A DNA stretch of 62,400 nt, counting the filler, from Hausera hauseri (taxonomy: Eukaryota), in NCBI GenBank assembly GCA_046269625.1. It is 12 parts of 12 records of this genome, joined end to end, with 100 filler letters (N's around TTAATTAATTAA, not from the genome) between each part and the next. Parts side by side here need not be neighbours in the genome. Positions count along the whole stretch, not along the records: positions 44,940 to 49,583 come from JBJURY010491354.1; positions 49,684 to 54,022 come from JBJURY010628552.1; positions 54,123 to 58,267 come from JBJURY010736099.1; positions 58,368 to 62,400 come from JBJURY010805643.1; 8 more parts are not named here. One strand, 5' to 3'. The notes under the pieces are model-generated. The model had not been told where the DNA came from. It did no database searches and worked only from the letters and a program-made list of their open reading frames with translations. Below, piece after piece: positions 47,597-59,779 of the stretch. A program made the position numbers and the translations under genes. Numbering within the stretch: the first letter of the stretch is position 1; each line of letters starts with the position of its first letter.

Positions 47597-48770
47597 CTAT
47601 TCTGCGTGAACCTTGTCTAGGGTACGCAATGTGATTGTTTTGTTTTGCTTATTCTTCGCATATACTTGTACTATGTAATCAAATAGTGGTTTTAACAAAT
47701 TTTGCTCTGTCTGATAAGTTTTTTTAAATAGTGTCACGATTTGGTTATTATACATGGTTCGGTAGCTTATATAGATATAATAATTTAGCTTCTCCTCCAC
47801 AAAGAACACGATTCTAAATCGATGTATCGAAAACTTGATGGGGATTCTCTCTAATTCGCTTTTATGTGTACTGCTTGATGTAACGGTTCTTGTGAGTCTA
47901 CTAATCCGAGTAGTCGGTCTTTTAGTCGTCATTGTTACTGAAATTTTCCATATTCTATTCTCGGGATAGTAAGTTTGTAACTGTATACTTTCTTTGTTAG
48001 GTCGCACTTCATATAAGTCAAATTTTATTTTAAATTCTCGGTTTACTGGCAATATACAACAAGTGTGTTGCATGCCGGCACGAATGAAATAATATTCTAA
48101 TTTCGGAGTTCATCCGTTTACCGCTTCGAAAACAATACTGATTTCCTTGCTAACGTTTAATCCTGATCGAGAATCTACTTGGATACATTGTTTTTCGATA
48201 TTTATCGAGATTCCCTTTATATTTTCGTCTAAAACCTTATTCCTGTATTAGTGGATTGTAACATTTCTATGGGTTTGCCTGTGAAACGTTCCGACCAAGT
48301 GGTAATAACCAACTGGTGTTGTGGGTTTACTTCGATATAGACCTCTGCTGAGTCGGGTAAGTATAATTGATAGGTAAGAATGTAAACATGTTCAAATTCT
48401 ACATCGCAACACTGAGTATAATCACCGTTTCAAAATCTCAATCCTTCATTATTCTTGTCACTACATCGTATAGGACAATTTGAAATCTTCCAAAGTCGTG
48501 GTGTGGTCTCCAAGTTTTAAATCGAACACACGTGGAGTCCGGCGAAAAGTAGTTAACCGTCATCGATTGTAATAATCTAGTGTCTTCTTGTTTCTGTATT
48601 TCTTCGGCTGTCGGTTTCTTTTCCGCTATAGTAATTTTTACCTTTAATCCGCTTTTCCGTATTCCGTATACGTTCTCTAACGTAGATTCATCGTCCCACC
48701 ATTGGGTTTGTATTCTCGGAATATAAGAAGCAATTATCGATAATGCTAAAATTATCTGAACGTATGATAT
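47597..48770 (-). pseudogene. signal/TM segment plus three beta-rich, fibronectin-III-like modules with an S/T-rich linker
   Basis: ISYVQIILALSIIASYIP; two modules with C..CC spacing (CVRFK..CCDVEF and CIQVD..CCILPV); TMTTKRPTT..TVTSSST; LKPLFDYIVQVYAKN (FN3 L.P..Y.V.V.A.N motif). Confidence 0.5.
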
Positions 48771-48849
48771 CGGTCTATTAATTATTGATGAAGTTTTTAT
48801 CTCACGTTGGCGTAAATTATAACGTTTGTAGGGTCGTATTTCCGTCTTA

Positions 48850-49583
48850 ACGACTCTTTGTACAGAGACGACTTCTGTCCTGTTTTTGTTAATATACACT
48901 GTAGTTGGTGTAATTCTAGTAATTTCGTACGGTCCTCTGCCTGTACGAGTTAGTTTTAATGATGTGCCTTTCTTGGTTACCGGATAATGTACATAAACCC
49001 AATTTCCACGTTCTAAATCATGTGGTTTTGCTCTCTTATCATATTGCATTTTAAATTGTTCTTGATACTCCCGGGACAATTCCTTGGCGACTTCCCAACA
49101 TTTATGTAGCCATGTCTGTAATACGTCTGCAAAATTTCCTCTAAATCTTCGGGGCAGACTCTGTACGGTGTCATTCCTAAATTTGTGTGTAACACAGCTT
49201 CTCATCCATACATCATGAAAAATGGTGTAAATGCTGTTGCTGGATGTGGTGTGGTATTAAATCTTTTTGGGCCTTAGCCACTACAGTTGATAGTATGTGT
49301 ATGACAGTTGCATTTATTCATTTAACCATTCCATTGCACTGAGGATGGTACGCAATAGTGGTCGACCGTTCGATTTCAAATATTTTGCTGATCTTCTCAA
49401 AAAGTTCACTTGTAAAATTTCCTCCTCTATCTGTTAGTATCTGGTCTGGCGGTCCATACCGGCAGATTATTCTTACTACGGCGTCGGCCAATGTTTCTGC
49501 CTTCTGGTCAATTAACGCTATCAATTCGACAAAATGAGTTAGTCTGTCAATACAAGTTAAGATATATTTATTATTCCGGTATG
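48850..49583 (-). pseudogene. retroviral-type (rve) integrase with GPY/F C-terminal module
   Basis: NKYILTCIDRLTHFVE..RYGPPDQILTDRGGNFTSELF..AYHPQCNGMVK*IN..FTPFFMMYG..MQYDKRAK..GNWVYV..KLTRTGRGPYEI. Confidence 0.93.
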
Positions 49584-49683
49584 NNNNNNNNNNNNNNNNN
49601 NNNNNNNNNNNNNNNNNNNNNNNNNNNTTAATTAATTAANNNNNNNNNNNNNNNNNNNNNNNNNNNNNNNNNNNNNNNNNNNN
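49584..49683. other. artificial contig linker
   Basis: N44-TTAATTAATTAA-N44. Confidence 0.98.
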
Positions 49684-51089
49684 ATGTACGAAAACCCATT
49701 AGGCGGTTGTCAGATAAGGGTTTTAATTTCCGGACTCATGTGGAAACCCTAACGTCAATTTAGTTATCGCTCCAGATCTGATTAACAATAATGGTCGTCC
49801 AAACTACTATATAAACTGCGTCCAAATGATCACAACACTATTTTTTTGCGACACAATTTTCTACGACGAGCATTCGATTTTGCGAGGAACGCGAATTTTT
49901 CGACGACGTATAGAAAACGTTTCTACCAAATTCTCAATTTGCCACCGTCTTTTGGAGTTTTAACGTTTAACTCTGGAAGCCTTTCAGCATTGACGAGGGA
50001 AGTCTTGATTTATTATAAGGTAAGTTTTATTTACTTAAAACTTTTAATATAGTTTTGACTTAAGCCATTCTATTGCATCCGAAGATAACTCAAGAACCGA
50101 TCTCTTTACGGTAGACCAAAATATTGATAGACGAAACCATGAGCCAAGGTAATGGAAATTTCCAGGAGGAACAAAATACGGAAGAAACGATTGGTAAGAG
50201 ATTGAAGTTTCTTAATAATTAGTAAATTATGTTAAGCCACTTTATTGTTGTGCATATTTGTTTTATTAATAAATGTTTTACCCAAGAATTAATAACTTTT
50301 GTTTAATTGTGTTGATAGTGAATGGGTTTGGGTCCTTTTCATGCTAGTAGAAGGGTTCTCTTAAAAGAAATTTTGACAGTGATTGCAGTGGCGTTTTTTC
50401 GCTTGTGTGAAAGTTACTCTTTACTATGAATTTTAGAATAAAGGTTGATGAACCATTCCAACATTAATTATAAATTAATAGAAAACATTGTTTTGTTTTA
50501 ATGTCATTAAAATTATTTCGGTACGCGTTGTTAACACTACACATTAGTTTAATAATAAATGTCAAACTAATGAAGTAATCGATTAAGTACATAACGTAAC
50601 CAGTCAGGTGACACACGTGACGCATGCACGTAATCCGTGATGCGTGAGGAGGAGGCTCTGTGCTAGAAATCCTAAATCATTTCGCCTACTTTTCCTCCTC
50701 CTACTCCTCCTCTTTGACCGACGGCTTTCCCACTTTTCCAAAACACGCGAACCCCATGTTCCCCATATCATTCGAACTCCCGTACGCTACTCTACACTTT
50801 CACTTATTCATTACTGCTTAAATTTTCCTTCTGGAAAAGTTCGTATTTTTCTTTTGCATTTCCCGGCTTTGTCTTTTGCAAGACCGAAAAACCGACCGCG
50901 CCATTCAACTCGCCGTTGTCGAATTGACCAATCAGCATACAAGACTTACGTGATTGGTCAATTGTTGCGTGGGTGGACCCCCTGTTTCAGACTCATCTTT
51001 TTTCCCCTACTATGCATGATTACTTGTTACTCTTCTCAGATATATTTTATATTAAAAACTTTATGCACCAATTCTGGAACGTTTATATG

Positions 51090-52160
51090 ATTCAAAGCTG
51101 CCATTAATTGATGGTGTTCTCATGGATATGTGAACATGCTGAAGTTATGCAAAAACAGGCTGGAGGCAGCGGTTTCGGTCATTTAATGACCGAAGAAGTT
51201 GAACTATTTTGAGATAAAGCCAGATTACCCATGAGTCGCTGCGATCATGCAGTTGACCAGTAGAAAGACTTAGTTCACAAATGGGAAGGTCATAAGAAGA
51301 ACAGGGCCAGAAGAACAGAAACTCAGATAGCCAATACGGATGATGTTCACCATGATGCGCTACATACGATAAAAATTGATGAAGACAAGAAGTTCTTGTT
51401 GAGCCGACGGAGAAAGAACAACGAGGAGTTGTGACGTGAGTTGATATACCACTAACAATAAAGGGAAGAAGGAAGGGAAGTGAAAAAAAATGTCAGCTGC
51501 AGATGAAGAAGAAATATCAACTTGAAATAACAACTCTTTATCGGAGTATGTCACTCGATATTTCTGATTCTTCTTCTGGAAGTGATGAAGCTGTTTATTC
51601 TGACAACAAATTTGAAAACATCACTGGTGAAGAGACCACGCAGCCACGCACACAAAAACGGAAAAGTAGAGTAACCAACATATTAATTCCTGCAGTCCTT
51701 TCGTCACTGGACAGGACAAAGACAAGTGACAGGCAAGCATTACAGATCATTGGTCCTATTATTCAAGCAACAAGTCGCAACATTGAAGAATTCGGCATCA
51801 ACCGATCATCCATTCAGCGATAGCGTCACACATATCGAACTCTATTTTCATCACAGGTGAAATCAGAGTTCAACTCCAGAAAGCCGTTTGTTCCCCGCTG
51901 GGACGGCCAGCTTATGCAAGACCTCACAGGAGATTATAAAGTCGACCGCCTGCCAATCATTGTCTCTGAATCTGGAACAGAATAACATTTCTTCATTCCA
52001 AAGTTGTGTTCAGGAACTCGTAAGGCCATGGCAGACTCATTGATGGAGATCATATGTGACTAGGGTATTGCTGACAGCATCGTGGCTTTTATCTTTGATA
52101 CAACATCAAGTAACACCGGCAGGGTTAACGGAGCTTGCATCTTGCTTAGACAGTTGGGTG
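51090..52160 (+). mobile_element. Sola2-like transposase remnant (5' half), same family type as 14130-19559
   Basis: DKARLPM, LSSLDRTKTSDRQA, INRSSIQR, RWDGQLM..VDRLPIIVS, IFDTTSSNTGRVNGACILL. Confidence 0.8.
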
Positions 52161-52419
52161 AGTTTAATGCATGCAAAATTTCTCTGACTGATCTCAGACA
52201 TCTGTATATTTATGACCCATATGAAAACTAACTTTAATATGATAAAAGTATATTTATGAATGTTATTGTACTCTAGCAATCTTCACATGAATATTGTTGT
52301 ATATACTCTAATTTAGGATAAATGTATTACGAATTATTTATCACTTAACAAACACAGTACCAAACAATCACACAATCAAACATGCTACAATTGTTAAAGA
52401 AAGTTGGCTTTTGTCGTGG

Positions 52420-54022
52420 ATGTAGGCATTTTGCTTTAGATTTCTTGGTATGAATTATTAAACCAGGTCGAGAACTGTGTCCGAAAACTCTTGCAGAAGT
52501 AGCAGTTACGTCCTTGACAATTCATTCAACGTCGACTGAATGACACAGATAATTTGGCAGAAGAATTTGCTGAAAACTTGCTAAGCAATCATCGCTGATG
52601 TCATTAAGCAGTGGTGGCGGATGAATAGTTGTCATAGCCCAGTCAATCATAACTATGTAGGAGGCAGCGTTTAAATTGACTTTTATCTGCATTGTATCGA
52701 AGGAGCGTTCTTACTGTCCACTTGCATCCTTCTTTCGTGCTTTAATAATTGGCTAACGTGAAAATATTCTTATGCCGTCTTGCACATCTGCAACACCAAC
52801 TAATAGAAGGTTTTCGTGATGAGAGAAATAGCATTTACGTACCAGGACCTATACAATGACACTCTGGTCATCAGAATCAAGTATCTGGCACAAAGACAAC
52901 ATTAAAAAGAAATTCTTTTCACCATCTTGGCATAAAGGATGAGTTCTGATATAGAACCATGCTGGTGCATAGAAGGTTAGAACAAATCGTACCAAACGCT
53001 TGAGTTCCAATGGTGGACTTTCTTCTGAAATATACAAGCGAAGTAGTCTGTTTGCTTTTGTGAGCCATCTACCATGTTTCAATGCGCCTGGTTGAGCACT
53101 CTGCAAAAAAATTATATACTGTTCTTCGGCATGTACTCCTCGCTGGATCAGCAAACATATCCTAAGCAAGTAAAATTGATCAGAACTTAGATCACTCTCA
53201 AGTGTTTCAGTTTCAGCATTAATGCAACCCGAAATTGGTTCAAATTCAATAATAGGCTTAGTTTGAAGATCAAATGTTAACATAATCCATCGCTTGATTT
53301 AGGACCTATTGTTCTTCCATCAACAACCTGGACCAACTTTCTGAGAGGCAATTCCTTTGAATACAGTATGCAAATAAGCCACTGAGGTGGTCTCTGAAGA
53401 TGTAACGCAAGCCGTCTTATTCTGTTTTCATTGAACATATTAACTGCAGTTCCGTCACAAATCATGGCTCTCAAGGTTGCAATAGACTTTGTACTTTGCA
53501 TCACGGGCAAAATTGCTTTGCATACATCGTCAGATTTTCCGGATTCAGGAGATATGATCAATGTATCTGGAAAAAACAGCAGTATATAGTGTTATTTAAT
53601 TTTTCTCTTCACTTTACCTGCTGCTACAAGAGTTTCATCAACCTTTCCGCTAAAACCAAGGCTAACTATGCCTGTGTTTCATGTAGGTTTCCTTCTACCA
53701 ATTTTTTTCCTGTGCTTTCCCTGGCGTTGTAATTTACTTGGATAAACAATGTTACTAGAATCTAGAAGGCCAAGGACTTTGAGGGCTGAATTAACTATGA
53801 AACATGAATCGCTGCATTATTGATATTTTTCGCCACTGCCTTGGCTAGATCATTATTACTGGCACCTTCTTTGGTAAGCTGATGATGACAGTAAGTTCTG
53901 AAAACATCATCGGCTAATGGAATAATATTTTCAGGCAGCTGCTTTGGATCACCAAAAACTGAGTGTCTACATACTAACTTCTTGTTGCCACAGACTTCAT
54001 CATAGCAATAATGAAATATCGT
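52420..54022 (-). mobile_element. second Sola2-like transposase subfamily remnant
   Basis: ICDGTAVN..RPPQWLICIL..ELPLRKL..DGRTIGPK, LSSDQFYL, PGALKHGRWLTKANRLLRLYIS, FYAPAWFYIR, HHENLLL, LCHSVDVE. Confidence 0.75.
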
Positions 54023-54122
54023 NNNNNNNNNNNNNNNNNNNNNNNNNNNNNNNNNNNNNNNNNNNNTTAATTAATTAANNNNNNNNNNNNNNNNNNNNNN
54101 NNNNNNNNNNNNNNNNNNNNNN
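54023..54122. other. artificial contig linker
   Basis: N44-TTAATTAATTAA-N44. Confidence 0.98.
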
Positions 54123-55464
54123 GGAGCACATTGAAATCGATTAATCTACATAGATAATAAATCATATATGGGATATCTGAATCCGATGTCCGATATTCGA
54201 AAACAAGTCGACATTATCGATTTCGATATTCGAACTCAAAAACTCGGTCAAGTGTGCATTATTCAAAGAATCTGATTGCTTTAATCGATTCATCATATAC
54301 AGAAACCCATACAACGATCAATATTGGCGCGGTTCAGTGAACCGCGCTTCATAAAAACAATGTTTCATTACAAGTAAAAAGTACATAATGAATACTATGT
54401 AATTCAATGGTGCTTGTTTTAATTAATTGAGTAATATTAAAAGGTGAAATTAAAGGTGAAGCACACTGAAATGGATACATCTTTAAGCGCACACAGATTG
54501 GAAACCATATATGAAGAATCTCAGTATGGCGTCAGGTGTTCGAATATCGGTTTACGAGTCAAATAATTATTGAATCGAACTCGAAAAATCAGTTAAGTAT
54601 GAATTAATCAAATCATTTAATGGCCTCAATCGATTCCCCATATAGAAAAACCATACGGAGGGCAAAAACGTGCGCAGCAATGTACACAGCAAGTTGCACA
54701 TTAAATCAACATAATATAAGTCAAAGACTTGTTTGTGTTGTTTCACTGTGAATTGCAAGGTGATCAAAGTAAAAATGGATAAATCTTAAGAGGGGACAAA
54801 TAGGAAATCATGTATGGGGAATCCGAATGTGACGCCAGATGTTCGAAAAAATGTGCACAAGTCGAGTATTTAAAGACTGAAATATTCGATAATTGATAAA
54901 ATCACGGTTTTATGTATGTAAACAAGATTTTACCTTGAGTTTGTTAATCATTTTAATCACATGTTTCAAATTTTTCGGGGTAAAAACAAATTATTCAATT
55001 GATGCATTAAAATGAATGCACAAAATGCAACACGTTGACAATAAAATGCAACACGTTGGCAAGTTGCAAGGATTTAATATTGGAATTGTGGCGGCGCGAT
55101 AACTTGTCTTCTAAATTAACTTTCAAATTTTGCGGGTAAAAGAACATTATGCAAATGATACATTTGAACAAAATGTAATCAAATTAGGCAATATATGCAT
55201 TTAAACAAAATACATTGCCGAATTTACCCTACCATTAAAATGTTTATTTTACTTACATGTGTTTTGTTTTACTGCATCAATTATCAAATTAAACCTAGAA
55301 AATATATAACCGAGTCTTAAAATAGTATAAACAAAAAGTGAAATACATAATATTGACTTTAATCGAAAATCATTATTTCAGAAAACCATTTAGCAAATGG
55401 TAAGTTTTGTTAATTCTGCTCTCATGAAAATTAACTATCTATTTAGAATTGCGAATATGAACTT

Positions 55465-58249
55465 ATGAGAGGAAGCTCCTATATAAAGCTTTCTGAATGG
55501 ATTGAGCATACAGCAGCATACATCAATGTGAAAAATAAAGACAGCATGTGCTTCAAGTACGCGATTCTCTCAAAATATATAAAGGATCAAAAACAAGCTT
55601 CTCGAGTTTTAGTATATCAGAACATGAAGCATAATTACAATTTCGGTTGTATTAAATTCCCACCAGAAATAGATGACATCAAAAGATTTGAACGAGTTGA
55701 TCGGATGTCCATCAATATCTTCGGTGTGGATGAAACAGATAAATTCTATCCTTACATGTATGCAAAGAGGAATTGGAGGACCATAAGGATCGGCTGATGT
55801 TAGATGATTGTGAAAAGAGGCATTTCATCTGGATCAAGAACTTTATTAGTCTCATCAGATCCAAAGTAACAAAAAGGGATATAGAATTGTAATTTGTAAA
55901 AGATGTTTGTCACATTTCGGTGGTGAATCTGCTGTGGAGAAGTTAAAGGAGCATAAACTTTATTCTAACAGCAATTATTGTATAAGAACTGAATTTCCTA
56001 AGGAGAACTAAATAGAATTCACAGAGGTTGAAAAACAGCAGAAAGTGCCCATTGTTGTATATTGCGACTTTGAGGCTATTCTTAGGCCAGTACAGAGCTG
56101 CAATCCGAATTTACAACAAAGTAACACGACAGCATACCAAAATCATGAACTGTCATCATATTGCACGTATGCAAAACGAATGGACAAGGAGCCATATTTA
56201 TATAGGGTCCAGATGCAGCAGAATATTTCATGAAAAGATTGAAAGACATAGCCCACAAGGTTGAAGTAATGCTTCAGCAGCATAAAGATGGTATGCTTAT
56301 ATCACAGGAAGAAGAATGTGAATGGAGAAAGGCAACAATCTGCTACTTGTGTGAAAATCATTCACAAAGGGCAATTACAAGGTACATGATCACTACCATT
56401 TTACCGGCAAATATCGAGGCACGGTATGCAACAATTGCAAACTGCGTTGCAAAAGGATGACATGTACACATAATATTCCATAATTTCAGTGGGTACAACA
56501 GCTACTTCATAGTGAGAGAGCTTGGGAACATTGATGACAATATTGAAATGATCCCTAATAGTGAGGAAAAATAAATCACTTTTACAAAGCACGTGGGTAA
56601 AATCAGTCTCCGATTCGTAGATAGTTTGCGGTTCATGAATTTGTCTCTTGACTGCCTCGTCAAGAACCTTCCGGCAGACAAACTAAATGAAACTAAGAAA
56701 CACTTTCTAAACATATTTGAACTAGTCAACAGAAAAGGTGTGTTTCCCTATGACTATATAAATTCATGGGAAACACTGGGTGAGACCTTATTACTGGACA
56801 AAGAAGGCAACCATATCAACGATAAGGACTACCAGCATGCCCGGAATGACTGGCATATATTCCAATGCAGGACAATTGAGGAATACATCGATATGTACCT
56901 CAAGGCAGGCGTGCTGCTGCTGACGGATGCCTTTGAGAGCTTCAGGTAAGTTACGATGAAGATCCACGCATTGGATCCGACTCATTTCTTTACAGATCCA
57001 GGGATGAGTTGGGTAGAAATGCTGAGATATATCGGAATTAGGCTGCTCGTACATCACCTACTTGTATGAAAACAACTTGTATGGATGGGCAATAAGCACT
57101 TCATTGTCACATGATGACTTCAAATAGATTGAGCACCCCAAAGGCATCCCTATACTAGACCTAGATTCCAGTGGGGACACAGTCTACATACTGGAGGTGG
57201 ATGTTGAATATCCACATACCATCCACACAAGTCATCAGCAGCTGTCTTTCCTTCCAGAAAGCAAAAGGCCACCGAAATTGGGAATTCAAAAAGTTACTAT
57301 GCCATCTTGAAAATCGGTAAAAATATGTAGTCCATTACATAAATATAAAACAGGATATCGGAAATGAACTCCACATCACGAACATCCATCGGGCTTTGCA
57401 GTTCAGCCAGTCCATGTGGTTGCAGCCATACATCGACTTTAAAACAAAGTTGAGGGCCGAGGCTGAAAACGACTTTGAAAAGGACCAGTTCAAGCTGTAC
57501 AACAACAGAGTTTTGGCAAGACCATGGGGAATATCCGCAACACGATTAACATCGAGTTGGTGTCTGAGTGGAAGCGAGCAAAGAAGTTCATTGCCAAGAC
57601 CAACTTCCATAGCAGCACCATATATGCAAAGAACTTGGTCGCCATCCATATACTGAAAACATCCTTGATATTAAGTAAGCCCATATATGTGAGTATGTCC
57701 ATTTTGGACTTATCAAAGACCTTGATGTACAAATACCACTATGACACCATGGTCTCCAAGTTCAAGGTTCTGCAGCTAATGTACATGGATACTGATAGTT
57801 TCATCTATCAGATCCATGAGGAGGACATTTGTGAAGACTTTGCTCAATTAGCTCAGCGCATGGATACGTCTGACTATCCAAAAGAGCATTACAAATATTA
57901 AATCAACAGCAAGAAAGTCCTTGGGAAATTCAAATACGAGGTGATTGGGGCAGTCATCTCGCGATTTATGGCTCTTAGGTCCAAAATGTATGCCCTTGAT
58001 GCATGTAAAGGAGGGGGTTAAAGGGGCTTAAAGGGTTACCTTGGCCAAGAATATCAGCTTCGATGCCATGTGAGAGTTCTGCAGGAGCAGACTCATATCA
58101 TATCAGAGATGCGAAGGATCCAGTCTACGGCTCTTGAGATACAAACAGTAACGTTGCAGAAGAAGAGCCTAGATTGGTCGAATGACAAGAGACAGATCAT
58201 AGAAGATGGAATCCGCACACTGCCTCATGGACATGTTGCATTATTGTAA
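55465..58249 (+). pseudogene. second protein-primed family B DNA polymerase of a Polinton/adintovirus, decayed
   Basis: RGSSYIKL..INVKNKDSMCFKYAIL, SINIFG, VYCDFEAIL, FHNFSGYNS, RFVDSLRFM, RKGVFPYDY, NNLYGWA, FEKDQFKLYNN, KPIYVSMSILDLSK, YMDTDSFIY, LGKFKYE, LRSKMY, DKRQIIEDGIRTLPHGH*. Confidence 0.93.
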
Positions 58250-58267
58250 ATATTGTAAATGTTGCTG

Positions 58268-58367
58268 NNNNNNNNNNNNNNNNNNNNNNNNNNNNNNNNN
58301 NNNNNNNNNNNTTAATTAATTAANNNNNNNNNNNNNNNNNNNNNNNNNNNNNNNNNNNNNNNNNNNN
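58268..58367. other. artificial contig linker
   Basis: N44-TTAATTAATTAA-N44. Confidence 0.98.
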
Positions 58368-59740
58368 TAAAATTTGCATAGGGGAACCAACAAATGGTAC
58401 GATCTTTAACTGAAGAAATTGGACGACCTAGAGAACGACTGTTGGCAGAAGTAATTGGTTATTCGAATATTGAACTCACTGCAACAACGACAGGATTTAG
58501 CGTTAAATTGATTTTGTTTCAACATGGTGATATGTATGGAAAACCATAATTCCGATGAATTGATTCGTTTGTTGCGATATCTGAAAAAGGGTTATCAATT
58601 TCGTATTGCGAAAATTCATATGGACAGTATTCACAATTCACAGAAGAATATTTTGAAGAATTATGACCCGAAGAACCACAAATTTAAACTAGGAATTCCA
58701 GAGTTTAAGAAGGTGAATGTTACAGTGCGGATATTACGAGTCCGGGTGCTACTGTAGCACTCGGAATGATATTTATGGTTTCGAATAACGAAGCAATAAC
58801 CAGTGAATTAAAGTGTCCAAATACGTTTTATCTTCTGGAAAATATCCGTCCTCCAGTTTTGTTTTTCCGTCAAATAGCCTATGGTAAGATTATGTGGAAC
58901 AGTACTCGACCGACGCAACAATGGATAGATAGTATCATTTAGCACTATTTCCATTAAGGCTTTGCAGTCCCAACCGAGGAATATTGTTGAAAAGTATATC
59001 CTCACGTCCAATGAGAGTTATCTTCAGTTGGTCGTGGGGTCATGTTTTGTAATGGCCATGCGATATGCTGGTACGGATAATCAGGATGGTCTTGATATTA
59101 TTCTTTCGCACATTAAGAAATTATTATCCATCAAAAACAATTGTAAGTTATTGGAGAACATTGGCCAGTACTTTTATGATTGGGCTTTACCCTATGTTTA
59201 TCGGCGTGCATGATTGCATCCGGCACTAGTAATTTAAAGCTGTTGCGTATGTCTCGAAGCTTTCGATCAATAAATCGAGCTAAAGATACGCTTAATTACG
59301 ATGTCTATATGACGTATTCTATGTTCATTGGCTTTTATTCATGGGTGGCGGCAAATTAGTTTTAGGAAATTCTCCAAAATCCTCTGCACTTATTCTTATA
59401 GCTTCTTTTCCAAAATTCCCTCCAACCTATTCTGGAATCAAGTACTATTTGAGGACATTGAGGCACCTATATATTATTGCAACACGACCATGAATATTAG
59501 GTGCTGTTGATATTGACAATCAGAATGCTGCTCCCGTCAGTTCCAGAATAACGTTTAAACACGGTATTAAAGAGTCTCATGAGTGTGTCGTATTTCCTCG
59601 TGAACATCCGTCATTAATTGATGAGATTAAAGTATTTAATTTCAAAGGTGAATATTTTCCACCGATCTACAAAACAGGTACGGAATCCTGGAATGTATTA
59701 CGCGAGTCACTGTACAGTCATGGATACCTCTGTAAAAAAT
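58368..59740 (+). pseudogene. ANAPC1: anaphase-promoting complex subunit 1 (PC-repeat region) fragment, intronless, disrupted
   Basis: EEIGRP, DITSPGATVALGMIF..NN, LLENIRP, IMWNSTRPTQQWI, GSCFVMAMRYAGT, ASGTSNLKLLR, FMGGG, LRTLRHLYIIA. Matches APC1 VTCPGATLALAMIY..RFAGS..GSGNL..LGGG..QALRHLYVLA. Confidence 0.9.
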
Positions 59741-59779
59741 AAATAGACTTATGCCATTAAAAGACACATTGTTATCACT

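Larger units (their letters stand above)
44940..49583 (-). mobile_element. Gypsy/Ginger-type integrase element with a long downstream cargo coding region (decayed)
   Basis: Integrase core and GPY module at 48850-49583, reading in frame into a hydrophobic segment; coding-like sequence can be followed on the minus strand, through stops and a few frameshifts, to the contig end. Confidence 0.8.

Noticed and set aside
41655-49583. pPolB next to an rve integrase, the classic Polinton pairing
   Set aside because: They are on different contigs separated by a linker; the integrase has a Gypsy/Ginger-type GPY module
4837-58367. Regularly recurring TTAATTAATTAA palindrome between N runs (11 times), superficially a repeat array
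   Set aside because: Identical 44N-12-44N structure with six-frame stops is an artificial concatenation linker
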